From an uncultured delta proteobacterium (GTDB lineage: Bacteria; Desulfobacterota; Desulfobaccia; Desulfobaccales; 0-14-0-80-60-11), in assembly GCA_963812015.1 (NCBI GenBank), contig CAWETI010000003.1, positions 2,112,001 through 2,176,000 on the forward strand: a DNA stretch of 64,000 bases, written 5' to 3'. The position numbers were made by a program, and so were the translations under genes. Positions 48,580 through 58,673 of the stretch are shown here, one piece after another; position 1 is the stretch's first letter; every line of letters starts with the position of its first letter. Under the pieces are notes generated by a model. It was not told the origin of the DNA. It saw only the letters and a list, made by a program, of their open reading frames with translations, and ran no database searches.

Positions 48580-48856
48580 GGGAGCCGATATTTTCCTGGG
48601 AGCGGCAGACACCCCCCCGGTCAAAAAGCCCCGGGGACCCAAAGGCCGGGGGGCCGACGTCTTTTTAGGGGAAGAACCCGGTCCCCAGCCGACCTGCGCT
48701 CCTTCGCGGCCCCCGGGCACCCCCGGCCCGGCCGATTTGGCGGCGGGGTTAGAGCAGCTCTGCCGGTCTTTACAACCATCCCATGGCCGGCTTGACCGCT
48801 CTCACCTCATGGTGATGTTGTGGCTGCGGGTGGCCCTGAAGGAAGCCGGCGTTTAA
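48551..48856 (+). CDS. Small putative ParA partner with a duplicated KGRGADxFLG motif
   Basis: Overlaps the parA end; PKGRGADIFLG and PKGRGADVFLG. Confidence 0.7.
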   Translation: MTRRPPPKGRGADIFLGAADTPPVKKPRGPKGRGADVFLGEEPGPQPTCAPSRPPGTPGPADLAAGLEQLCRSLQPSHGRLDRSHLMVMLWLRVALKEAGV

Positions 48857-49041
48857 CCCGCAGTTTAAGACTGGACGGCCCGAAGCTGGGCCGGGCCGCC
48901 CACCCCGGCGCCCTTGCCGCCAATTCCCGCCATCACGGCAGAAACTGCCCGTCATCCCCGGTGCTTTCGAGACGCCGGCTGGCAGCCTCACAGCCCAACT
49001 CTGCCACCGGGAGCCCCCGGAGCCAAGACTGCCGCCCCTGA

Positions 49042-49989
49042 CTAAACGACAAACCTGGCCCCGTCTGCCTGCAAAGATTTGACGACCTTTAAGGCCCGCA
49101 GGAGCCTGACGGAATACCCCTCCACGTTGCCCGGGCCGTTGTAGCGCCGGGTGAACTCCCGCCAGTCGGCATTCAGGATGTATCTTGTCAAACCGTTGTG
49201 TTCCACAAAGTTAAAAAACCCGGCCACCTGTGCCTCGCAGGAATCCTGAAAAGCCAGCACCATGGCCCGGAGGCTGGGATGCCGGGTAACCTGCCAGTTG
49301 AACCCCATCAACTGGGGCAACCCGTAGCTGGTGGACCACAGGACGGCCTCCCCTTCCAAGTCGTAAGCCCGGGCCAGGTTCTGCCATTCGTCTCGCTGCC
49401 CGCCCCGGCTATACGCCACCGTTTGCCCCGTTTTCCTTCGGAAGATCTGGGGTTCAAACCGGATGATCACCAGTCCGGTCCGGGGGTCATAGGCCATTTG
49501 CGATTCCACGCAAAAGACTGCCAGGGCCGAGTCCACCGGCAGCCCATAAGTCTGAGCTTCCCGGTAAATGGCCGCCCCGTATCGGTTCCACAGGTTGCAG
49601 AGGCTCCGTTCTTCGGGCGTCCGGCCCAGGAGCTGCGGACCGGGGGGTTCGCTCACCGGCGTGGCCGCCGGGCGGAACGCCAAATCGCCCAACCTCTGGA
49701 GGATGCCGGAACGGGCCGGTGATACGCCGTAGCATTCCTGGAGTTTTTCCAGCGTGGCCGGGCCCAGCTTCGCATCCCGGGGCGCCAGGCCCTCTTTTTC
49801 CTGGAAATCCCCCACCGCCTCCGAGAAGGCGATCCAATCGATTCTGTCCAATTCTTCAGGCTCGATGGCCAAATCGTGATCCAGATCCCCCCGGAGGAGA
49901 ATCTGGTAGCCGGGGCACCCTTCGGGCAAGTCATGGAGATTCCAGATCTTGCCCAGGGCCATCCGGTTGTAGGTCGCGGCTGATGCCAT
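49042..49989 (-). CDS. N-acetylmuramidase (DUF3380-like) with a peptidoglycan-binding-like domain
   Basis: FQEKEGL…DAKLGPATL; VES…IRFEP; STSYGLPQLMGFN; FTRRYNGP. Confidence 0.85.
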   Translation of the reverse strand: MASAATYNRMALGKIWNLHDLPEGCPGYQILLRGDLDHDLAIEPEELDRIDWIAFSEAVGDFQEKEGLAPRDAKLGPATLEKLQECYGVSPARSGILQRLGDLAFRPAATPVSEPPGPQLLGRTPEERSLCNLWNRYGAAIYREAQTYGLPVDSALAVFCVESQMAYDPRTGLVIIRFEPQIFRRKTGQTVAYSRGGQRDEWQNLARAYDLEGEAVLWSTSYGLPQLMGFNWQVTRHPSLRAMVLAFQDSCEAQVAGFFNFVEHNGLTRYILNADWREFTRRYNGPGNVEGYSVRLLRALKVVKSLQADGARFVV

Positions 49990-50367
49990 AAGCGTCCCTC
50001 CTGTTCCTGAAAATTCGCCGGGGCACCTCCCCGGTTATCCGACCACCTGGTTAAATGGCTAAATTTAATAATAATTGCCACATTAAATGCAAGATCACCC
50101 GGGAGAGATGACCCGGATTCCAGGATCAGGGGCGCCAAGGCTAAAGCAGAGGCGGAAGCCCGGCGGGGCTTCGCCGTCTTCAACCCCAAGACCGTCCTGG
50201 CTGACGGTCCCGGGAGAAAAATCCTGGGGCATTACCCGTTGCCTTCCTTGGGAAATCCCGTTTCTGTGGTAAAATGGGATCAGCGGTGTTGGGGGGAAGC
50301 CGGAAACGGCGTAGTGGTTCCGCACCTTCCGGTTTGCTGCAAACGCTCTAAAACTCCGGGGAATTCT

Positions 50368-50838
50368 ATGGACTTAAGCGCGCGTGAGGTAATGGATACC
50401 AGCTACTCCACCCTGTCCCCCCAGATGACCATCGGCGAGGCCATCCGGATCTTTCAGAAAGCCGGAGAGGAGCACCGACAAATCGTTTTCGGCATGGTGG
50501 TCACCGATGCATCCGGACGGCTGCTGGGCATGCTGTCCATGTATGATATCTTCCTGGTCCTGCGGCCCAAGCATATTCACATCTGGGGTGAGATCAAGGA
50601 CGTGGACGTTTCGGGCATCCTCGATGCAGCCTGCCACCGGGCCCGCGGCATGCTGGTGGGGGACATCATGACCACCGACCTCATCACCATCACCCCGGAT
50701 ACCCACCTGCTGCGGATCATCGATATTATGATCAAAAAGCATGTCCGCCGCCTGCCGGTCCTGGAAGCCGGTAAAATGGTGGGTATGGTGTATATGTCCC
50801 GGGTCTTCCAACATATCCTGGGACGGTGCGCCGCCTGA
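50368..50838 (+). CDS. CBS-domain protein
   Basis: AREVM…; VGDIMTTDLITITPD…VRRLPV. Confidence 0.88.
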   Translation: MDLSAREVMDTSYSTLSPQMTIGEAIRIFQKAGEEHRQIVFGMVVTDASGRLLGMLSMYDIFLVLRPKHIHIWGEIKDVDVSGILDAACHRARGMLVGDIMTTDLITITPDTHLLRIIDIMIKKHVRRLPVLEAGKMVGMVYMSRVFQHILGRCAA

Positions 50839-50866
50839 GGCTTGCGTCTCGGCGTTAAGGAATGCC

Positions 50867-51757
50867 ATGCGGGTCAGAGATCGCCAGAACGTCATGAAGG
50901 ATTTGACGGTCAAAGAGGCCATGCGCCGGCTGATCATCAACCTGCCCCAGGAGGCCTCTCTGGAGCAGGCCATCAGCTACGCCATCAAGTACAAGGTTAA
51001 CGCCATCCTCATTACCGACCCCAACCAGGAAGCCTTGGGGGTGGTCACCAAAACCGATCTCATGGGGGCTTATTATGCCGGACTCCCCCTTTCCACCCCG
51101 GCGACCTCAATCATGGTGGGCCCGCCCCTGTTTTGCCACCTGGACGACTCCCTGGACGCGGCCCTGGACCGCATGCGCACCCAAAAAATCCACCGACTTT
51201 ATGTCCGGGATGAAGCCCCCCGCCAGGCCATCGGCGTCCTGGCCTATCCGGATATCGTGGGCTTGCTCTACCGTTACTGCCATCAGTGCGAAAAAAATCT
51301 GCGCCGGCATCAGGATGACTCGGAGCACCTCCTGGCCGACCGGGTCCAGCTTCGGGAAGTCATGACCCCCGGCGTCTTTGCCCGGGGGGCCGACGACAGC
51401 CTGCTCCAGGTCATGGAAGGGCTGGCGGCCCATAAATTCGGCGCCCTCCTGATCACCGCGGCGGACGGGGCGCCGGTGGGGGTGATCTCCAAGACTGACC
51501 TCATTGTCGCCTATAAGCACCGCATCCCCCCTGAGGCCCCGGCCAAAACCGTGATGACCGAAGGGGTGCAGGCCTGTGATTATCACGACATCCTGGTGAA
51601 CGCCCTGCGCCGCATGATCTTTTCTGATGTTTCCCGCCTCTTTGTCTATAAAAAATCTCCCCGCCACATCGTGGGGGTGTTTTCCCTGTCCGATGCCACC
51701 CGTTTCCGCTCGGGCACCTGCCGGGCCTGCGTCAGCAGCCGCATTCGCCCCCACTAA
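50867..51757 (+). CDS. Four-CBS-domain protein with CxxC motifs
   Basis: Repeated CBS units; CHQC and CRAC; alternative start at 50894. Confidence 0.85.
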   Translation: MRVRDRQNVMKDLTVKEAMRRLIINLPQEASLEQAISYAIKYKVNAILITDPNQEALGVVTKTDLMGAYYAGLPLSTPATSIMVGPPLFCHLDDSLDAALDRMRTQKIHRLYVRDEAPRQAIGVLAYPDIVGLLYRYCHQCEKNLRRHQDDSEHLLADRVQLREVMTPGVFARGADDSLLQVMEGLAAHKFGALLITAADGAPVGVISKTDLIVAYKHRIPPEAPAKTVMTEGVQACDYHDILVNALRRMIFSDVSRLFVYKKSPRHIVGVFSLSDATRFRSGTCRACVSSRIRPH

Positions 51758-51813
51758 CGCCAGGGCCGGCCCCCCTCCCCTACCCGGTCCGGCGCGCCCC
51801 GGGAATCTTGGCC

Positions 51814-52419
51814 TTACTTGCCCCTGGCTTTCTCCCACGCCTCGATCTTTTCTTTGGCCCGTTCTCTTAAATAGAGCGTATCTATTTTCTGTTGTTGACT
51901 TAAGAGGGCGATGGAATACAAGGAGAGCTCCCCCATGCGGTCAATGTCACTATATTTCAGGTACATTCTGGTTTTAACCCCATTATAGTAAAAATCCTGG
52001 ACCTGCATCTGGGCATAGGTTTTTGACCGCTGGCCTTCGCCGAACCTGGCAAAACAATAATCTTTGAGCTTTTGGAATTGGTCTTCTCCCTTTACTTTCA
52101 CGACGACCCCGGAAAACTTGCCGTTCCAGAACTCATAAACAATATCCACCAGGTCGGCCGTCCCGTAACGTAAGTCTTCCTTAATCTTGGTGTAATAGGT
52201 GAACGGCCCCATTATCTCAATGACTTCCATGGTGCGGAATGGATCCAAGCTAACGATGTCCGTCTGCCACTTGATGCCCCTGAAGCCATCCGGCTCCGTA
52301 CCGGGGGCAAACGTATAATTATAGGTGAACATCTTGAGCTCAGCCGCCAGGCTCACGGCCGACGACAGAAGCACAGCCCAGACGATCATTACGCCTACTA
52401 GGACGGTTTTTCTTACCAT
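51814..52419 (-). CDS. Exported hypothetical protein
   Basis: Signal peptide, EPDGFRGIKW motif, GGAGG RBS. Confidence 0.75.
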   Translation of the reverse strand: MVRKTVLVGVMIVWAVLLSSAVSLAAELKMFTYNYTFAPGTEPDGFRGIKWQTDIVSLDPFRTMEVIEIMGPFTYYTKIKEDLRYGTADLVDIVYEFWNGKFSGVVVKVKGEDQFQKLKDYCFARFGEGQRSKTYAQMQVQDFYYNGVKTRMYLKYSDIDRMGELSLYSIALLSQQQKIDTLYLRERAKEKIEAWEKARGK

Positions 52420-52775
52420 TATGTCCTTACCCTCCTGAAATCTGCGGCTAGCGGGGTTCCCACCGGGGTCCCATCCCCGCCCAACCATTCGTTATTTTTG
52501 AATCAAACTTATTACCCGCCAGTATTCCTCCCCTAAAACGCCCCTCTGCTCCCAGGCACGCCTCGGGTGCGGGGCATTGTACCTGATGGGAGCCGCTAAA
52601 GCCAGGGGGTTTTTCCCCCCTTTGCGGCACTCCCCGGGAAAACGCGGCAGGCTGCACCTGACCCACCCGGACTATTTCGTCCCCCGGTCCCACTTTCCCA
52701 TTTACCCGGCCGGGTTTTGGCCATATAGTCAAAGGCGGTGGTGGAGTTTGCCCCACCGGGAGGAGAGCCCTAGCT

Positions 52776-53582
52776 ATGCCCGACCCCAGCGCCATCGATT
52801 ATTCCCCTCTGGACGTGCCGGAGGTGCTCCTGCGCCTCTTCCACCCCCGGCCCGAATTAAGCCTGGCGGGCGTCCACCCCTCAGCCCGGGACCTCCTCAT
52901 CCCGGTGGCGGACGACGTGGTGGTGGGCGCCCGTTTTTTCCCGGCGGCCACCGCCGCCCCCACCATTCTCTTCTTCCACGGCAATGGCGAGATCGTCGCC
53001 GATTATGATGACCTGGCCCCCTTTTACCTGCGCCAGGGCGTCAATTTTTTCCCGGTGGATTATCGCGGCTACGGCCGCTCCACCGGCGCCCCCACGGTGA
53101 GCGCCATGATGCGGGACTGTCAGGCGATCCTGGTATTCGCCCGGCAGTGGCTGCCGGCGCAGGGTCACCGGGGTCAATTGATGGTCATGGGCCGGTCCCT
53201 GGGGAGCGCCTCGGCCCTGGAATTGGCCGCCGCCTTCCCGGAGCAGATCGCGGCGCTCATCGTGGAGAGCGGCTTCGCCTATGCCGGCCCCCTGTTGCAG
53301 CTTCTGGGCGTCGACCTGGCCGCCATCGGGTTTCAGGAGAAGGCCGGCTTCCGCAACATCGACAAGATTAACTCTTACCCGGGACCCACCTTGATCATCC
53401 ACGCCGAGCACGACCACATCATTCCCGTGAGCGACGGCCAGGCCCTGTATGACGCCTCCGGCGCCGCCGATAAGACCCTGCTCCTGATCCCCCACGCCAA
53501 TCACAATGACATCCTGCTGCAAGGTTTCACGGCGTATATGAGGGCCATCCGCGATCTGGCGGCCCGCCTCGTCCAGGGATAA
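52776..53582 (+). CDS. Alpha/beta hydrolase (ABHD13/17-like)
   Basis: FFHGNGE, DYRGYG, GRSLG nucleophile elbow, HND. Confidence 0.9.
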   Translation: MPDPSAIDYSPLDVPEVLLRLFHPRPELSLAGVHPSARDLLIPVADDVVVGARFFPAATAAPTILFFHGNGEIVADYDDLAPFYLRQGVNFFPVDYRGYGRSTGAPTVSAMMRDCQAILVFARQWLPAQGHRGQLMVMGRSLGSASALELAAAFPEQIAALIVESGFAYAGPLLQLLGVDLAAIGFQEKAGFRNIDKINSYPGPTLIIHAEHDHIIPVSDGQALYDASGAADKTLLLIPHANHNDILLQGFTAYMRAIRDLAARLVQG

Positions 53583-53854
53583 GGACCAGCCGACCTGCGT
53601 CCTCCAGGCGGGACTTCGGGCCAAAAGGTTCGGTTCCCCGGGATTGCCCCACCCCCGGTTCTCGGTAAGACGCCACCCTGTCCTGTCCTCCCCCACCTTT
53701 TGCGAATCTCAAAACCAGGGATTTATAACCGGAGTATTAGGAAATACTACTATTGCGAGGCGGCATCTTCTCCTTTAATCTGTCAGAATCTAACATCCCG
53801 CTGGACCAGGCTGGTTGCGGGACCAGGGAAACAAATAACGGTGGAGGCGGCTAG

Positions 53855-55354
53855 GTGAATAATAAACGACCCCGGCCCGATCAGGGTTGTCAAACTCCGA
53901 ACTTCCGACTTGGATTAAGAAAGCAGGACTTCAAACCACTAAAAAGTTTCCCGGCAGAAAACCGGGCTGCCGGGCCGATTATTGTAGTGCTGCCGGGAAG
54001 GGACCGTGATTTCAAGATGCTCTTAAACAACATCCCGGCCGTGGTCTTTAGGGGATATGTTGATGGAAATGTTGATTTCTTTGATCATAAAATCGAAGAA
54101 ATGACCGGATATCCCAGAAATGATTTCGAATCCAGGCAGCGCAAATGGACCGAATTAATCCTGGAAGAAGATATTGCCGGGGTTAAAGAGATATTTATCC
54201 AGGCCCTGAAAAACGGCAAATCATATGTGCGGGAATATAGAATAAGAGACTGGCAAACAAAGATTCTCTGGATTCAGGAAAGGAGCCAGATAATCTCCGA
54301 TAAGAGTGGCAAGGTTCAGTATGTGAGTGGCATATTTTTCGATATTACTGCGCAGAAAAAAACCGAAGAGGCTATGCAAGAGGGAGAACGGTTCCTTTCC
54401 AGCGTTTTCGCAAGTATTATTGATGGGATTAGCATCCTCGATTTAAATTTTACCATTGTGCAGGTCAATCCCATCGTGGAGCAGTGGTATGCCCATGCCC
54501 TGCCCCTGGTGGGGAAAAAATGCTATGAGGTCTATCAAGGCAGGTCCAAACCCTGTGCGCCATGTCCCACTCATCGCACCCTGCTCACCGGTGAACCTCA
54601 CTCCGAAATCATACCCCTGAAAGGCCTCGATGACCAAAACCTGGGCTGGTTGGAGGTGCATGCGTTTCCTTGGTTAAGCAAAACCACGGGCAAAATGAAG
54701 GGGGTTATAACAAATATCCGGGACATTACCCGCCGCGTGGCAGCCGAGAAAACCATCAAAGAAAATCTTCAGGATTTGCAGAAGGCCTTGAACGGCACGG
54801 TCAAGGCTTTGGGCAATACCGTGGGAACGAAAGACCCTTATACCGGCGACCATCAACGGCGAGTCGTCCAGCTCGCCTGCGCCCTGGCCCAGGAGTTGGG
54901 GGAATCGGCCCATTATATCGAGGGAATGCGTGTCATGGGATTTCTCCATGATTTGGGGAAGGTCGCCATACCCGGGGAGATTCTCAGCAAACCCACCAAA
55001 TTGAGAGAGGATGAATTTAACCTCATCAAGATTCATCCCCAGGCGGGATATGACATCTTAAAGGAGATCGATTTCCCCTGGCCGGTGGCTCTGGCGGTGC
55101 TGCAACACCATGAGCGCCTCGACGGCTCCGGTTATCCCTACGGCCTTTTAAGCCAGGACATCATCATGGAAGCCAGAATCCTGGCGGTGGCGGACGTGGT
55201 CGAAGCCATCGCCTCGCATCGTCCTTATCGCCCGGCCCTGGGTATAGACCGGGCCATGGCGGAAATTTCCGAAAATCAGGGGGCGCTTTACGATCCCCAG
55301 GTGGTCCGGGCGTGTTTGCGGCTCATCTCCGAGCAAGGTTTCAGTTTCCAGTAA
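53855..55354 (+). CDS. PAS-PAS HD-GYP phosphodiesterase
   Basis: LHDLGK, HHERLDGSGYP, VADVVEAI; start codon uncertain. Confidence 0.9.
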   Translation: MNNKRPRPDQGCQTPNFRLGLRKQDFKPLKSFPAENRAAGPIIVVLPGRDRDFKMLLNNIPAVVFRGYVDGNVDFFDHKIEEMTGYPRNDFESRQRKWTELILEEDIAGVKEIFIQALKNGKSYVREYRIRDWQTKILWIQERSQIISDKSGKVQYVSGIFFDITAQKKTEEAMQEGERFLSSVFASIIDGISILDLNFTIVQVNPIVEQWYAHALPLVGKKCYEVYQGRSKPCAPCPTHRTLLTGEPHSEIIPLKGLDDQNLGWLEVHAFPWLSKTTGKMKGVITNIRDITRRVAAEKTIKENLQDLQKALNGTVKALGNTVGTKDPYTGDHQRRVVQLACALAQELGESAHYIEGMRVMGFLHDLGKVAIPGEILSKPTKLREDEFNLIKIHPQAGYDILKEIDFPWPVALAVLQHHERLDGSGYPYGLLSQDIIMEARILAVADVVEAIASHRPYRPALGIDRAMAEISENQGALYDPQVVRACLRLISEQGFSFQ

Positions 55355-55517
55355 CCAAACCCGAGACTGGTGGAATTGATCCATGACGTTAAGGTGAAAT
55401 GCGGCAGCCCCGACTATTGGTTGACCGGGGCCACGCCGGCGACGTTGCTGCCGATGATGCACCCCTGAATATTGGCCAACTGCCCGAAGGATACGCACAC
55501 CGGGATTTGTGGTGACC

Positions 55518-56621
55518 TTAAGGTCGTGGGGAATCGGCAGGATTTTTGGTTTCCAGGGGGAAGGTAAAATAGAAAGTGCAGCCCCGCCCGGGGGCAGTAT
55601 CCACCCAGATGCGGCCGCCGTGGGCGTCAATGACCCGCTTGACCATGGCCAGGCCCAGTCCGAAGCCCTGAGTGTCCCCTTCCCGCTCCCCCCGGTAGAA
55701 GATTTCAAAGACATGGGCCAGATCCTCCTTGGAGATGCCCGGCCCCTGGTCGTAAACGGCAAACCGGATGGCCGAGTCTTCCACCTGGGCCCCCAGTTTT
55801 ACCTTGGTGCCCCCCGGACTATATTTGATGGCATTTTCCAACAGGTTCTCCAACACCCGCCGGAACAGGAGCGGGTCCGCCCGGAGGACCGGAATCTTGG
55901 CGGCAAATTTGGTTTCCAGGGTGATGCCTTTGGCTTCCGCCAGGGGTTGCAGCAACGTCAGGACTTCCCGGCACTCTGTCTCGACGTTCAGGTCTTGGGG
56001 TTGGGGAGTCAGAATCCGTAGGTCCAGGCGAGCTAATTCCAGAAACCCGGCAATGAGCTTCTCCAGGCTTCCCATCTCCCGGTCGATGGTCTGGAGATAG
56101 TTGATTTGCGGGGGGGTCATCGGCCCCAGCTTACCCTGGAGCAGGCGGCGGATCAGGCCAGCGGTGCCCACCACCGGCGTTTTCAAGTCGTGGGCGAACA
56201 TGTTGACCAGGTGCCGGCGCTCCATCTCCAGGCGCTTTACCGGGGTCAGGTCCCGAATGATGATGGCCCCGCCCTGGGGAGCCCCCTCCTGGCGGTCCCG
56301 GAGGGCAAAGGAGCTGATCATCACCGGCACTTCCTGGCCCGAACGGTTGCGCAGGCTGAGCTCTTGGGTCACCTCATGTCGACCCTGCCACACCAGGCTC
56401 AAGGGAAAATGCTTCTCGCCCCCCTTAAAGTTCAGGACTTCCTCGGCCGTTCGCCCCATGGCCTCGCCCCGGCTGTAGCCGGTCAGTCTCTCCGCCGCCG
56501 GGTTGAATTCGGTGATCCGCCCCTCCCGGTCCGCAGTGATTACGGCCCCAGGGGTGTTCTCGATCAAAAAATGGGACCAATCGCGGGATTTGGGCGCTGG
56601 AGTCGGCTTCTTCTTGGGCAT
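55518..56621 (-). CDS. PAS sensor histidine kinase
   Basis: AHDLKTP, NLLENAIKY, DQGPGI, GFGLGL. Confidence 0.92.
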   Translation of the reverse strand: MPKKKPTPAPKSRDWSHFLIENTPGAVITADREGRITEFNPAAERLTGYSRGEAMGRTAEEVLNFKGGEKHFPLSLVWQGRHEVTQELSLRNRSGQEVPVMISSFALRDRQEGAPQGGAIIIRDLTPVKRLEMERRHLVNMFAHDLKTPVVGTAGLIRRLLQGKLGPMTPPQINYLQTIDREMGSLEKLIAGFLELARLDLRILTPQPQDLNVETECREVLTLLQPLAEAKGITLETKFAAKIPVLRADPLLFRRVLENLLENAIKYSPGGTKVKLGAQVEDSAIRFAVYDQGPGISKEDLAHVFEIFYRGEREGDTQGFGLGLAMVKRVIDAHGGRIWVDTAPGRGCTFYFTFPLETKNPADSPRP

Positions 56622-56805
56622 CTGCAGTTCCGGGTCGGAATTTCGGCCGCAATGGGGCCGTTTATCGCAACTGTGAACTTTTTAACAGTTTTTGCCTGGC
56701 GCGGCAATGTGAATTCCATCAACGCCAGCAGCAGATGCGGGGCAAATTCCCTGGCCATGGCCGAAAAATTATGGTAAAAATCTTCCAGTCTTAAAGGAAG
56801 ATACC

Positions 56806-58209
56806 ATGTCAGAAGTGCGCACCCGATTTTCCCCCAGCCCCACCGGCGCCCTCCATCTGGGTGGCGCCCATACGGCCCTGTTCAACTGGCTCATCGCCCG
56901 GCATTATCACGGGACGTTTATCTTACGGATCGAGGACACCGATCAAGAGCGCTCCCAGGAGAAGTTCGTCACCGAGATCCTGGACGCTATGACCTGGATG
57001 GGCCTGGACTGGGATGAAGGCCCCTACCGCCAGATGGAGCGCCTGCCCATCTATCAGGACTATATCAGCCGCTTGCTGGCCAGCGGCGCGGCCTATTACT
57101 GCAACTGCCCGCCTCAGGACCTCAAGGCCCGCCAGGCCGCCATGGCCCGGGGCGAGAAACCCAAATATGACGGCCGCTGCCGGGAGCGCAATCTCCCCCC
57201 CGGTCCGGATACCGCGGTCCGCTTCAAGACCCCCCCCACCGGGGTCACCCACTGGGATGACCAGATCAAGGGCGTCATCGCCTTTGACAACCAGGAGCTG
57301 GACGACCTCGTGATACAGCGGGCCGACGGCATTCCCACCTATAATTTCGCGGTGGTGGTGGATGACATCACCATGACGGTCACCCACGTCATCCGGGGGG
57401 AAGACCACATCCCCAACACCCCCAGGCAGCTCCTCATCTACGCGGCCCTGGGAGTCGCGCCCCCGCGGTTCGCCCACATGCCCCTGATGTTGGGCAAAGA
57501 CCGGGCCAAGCTCTCCAAGCGCCACGGCGCTGTGTCCGCCATGGCCTACCGGGACCAGGGGTATCTGCCCCACGCCCTGGTGAACTACCTGGCCCGGATG
57601 GGCTGGTCCCACGGCGACCAGGAGATCTTTTCCCCGGAAGAGCTCATTGCCTACTTCACCCTGGACCATGTGACCAAAGCCCCGGGAATCTTTGACGAAG
57701 AAAAGCTCCAGTGGCTCAACAGCCACTATATCAAGGAGATGCCGCCCCCCGAGTTGGCCCGGGCCCTGACCCCCTTTCTGGAGTCCCTGGGGTTCCCCGC
57801 CCCCGACCAGGCGTATCTGGGCCGGGTGGTGACTACCCTGAGCGCCCGGAGCAAGACCCTGGTGGATATGGCGGAGGCCGCCCGCTTCTATTTCCAGGAC
57901 CCCCGGCCGTATGATCCCAAGGCGGCCCAAAAATTCCTCACCCCGGCCGCGGTGCCCGTGCTGCAAGAGATCTCGGCCCGGCTGACCCGCTTGCCCGATG
58001 CCTCCGAAGGCGCCCTGACCCAGTTGTTCACCGACCTGGGGCAGGAGACCGGGCAAAAGATGGTCAACCTGGCCCAGCCGGTGCGGGTGGCTTTAACCGG
58101 CAAAACCGCCAGTCCCGGGCTCTACGAAATTATCAGTATTTTGGGCCGGGAGGAGGCCTTAGGGCGGATACAGGACGCCATCGAGTTTGCGGCCCAGGGG
58201 GCCTCGTAA
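56806..58209 (+). CDS. gltX: Glutamyl-tRNA synthetase
   Basis: RFSPSPTG…HLGG, RIEDTD, KLSKR. Confidence 0.96.
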   Translation: MSEVRTRFSPSPTGALHLGGAHTALFNWLIARHYHGTFILRIEDTDQERSQEKFVTEILDAMTWMGLDWDEGPYRQMERLPIYQDYISRLLASGAAYYCNCPPQDLKARQAAMARGEKPKYDGRCRERNLPPGPDTAVRFKTPPTGVTHWDDQIKGVIAFDNQELDDLVIQRADGIPTYNFAVVVDDITMTVTHVIRGEDHIPNTPRQLLIYAALGVAPPRFAHMPLMLGKDRAKLSKRHGAVSAMAYRDQGYLPHALVNYLARMGWSHGDQEIFSPEELIAYFTLDHVTKAPGIFDEEKLQWLNSHYIKEMPPPELARALTPFLESLGFPAPDQAYLGRVVTTLSARSKTLVDMAEAARFYFQDPRPYDPKAAQKFLTPAAVPVLQEISARLTRLPDASEGALTQLFTDLGQETGQKMVNLAQPVRVALTGKTASPGLYEIISILGREEALGRIQDAIEFAAQGAS

Positions 58210-58276
58210 GTGAGGCGCCGTTACCCGGCACTTTGACCTATCGGCTGAATTTAGCCACTTTATAAGGAGGTTACTC

Positions 58277-58474
58277 ATGGCGGAAGTGAAACAATCTTAT
58301 CGGAAAAAACAGGCTTACCTGGTGATCCTGGTGTTTGCCTGCATCGGCATCGCCATTTGGGGGCATAGCGCTTCTATAAGCGTCGGCGCCATCCTGGCGG
58401 CCTGCGGTATCGCTTTTTATGCCGCCACTCTGGAACCGGAAAAGGCGCCGGAAGAGCACCACCATCATCATTAA
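58277..58474 (+). CDS. Small two-TM membrane protein with a His5 tail
   Basis: AAGGAGG RBS, hydrophobic segments. Confidence 0.7.
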   Translation: MAEVKQSYRKKQAYLVILVFACIGIAIWGHSASISVGAILAACGIAFYAATLEPEKAPEEHHHHH

Positions 58475-58673
58475 TCTGCCGGGGTAGAGACAGGGGCCAC
58501 CCCTCCCCTGCCCCGGAGCCCGCTTAGCTCCTTCAGGTGACCATCCGGCCTGGGCAGTGATTATCAGGCATCCGACCTGCCAGCCCCATAACCGGGCGAC
58601 CAGGGAAGCGGTGGGCAGGCGCACCCGTCGCACCCTAATATCCGTCCCCGCTGTCAATCGCAAGGAGGGTCTT

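Noticed and set aside
49042..49989. Prophage lysis cassette
   Set aside because: No holin, spanin or other phage genes adjacent, and it lies outside the att-bounded element
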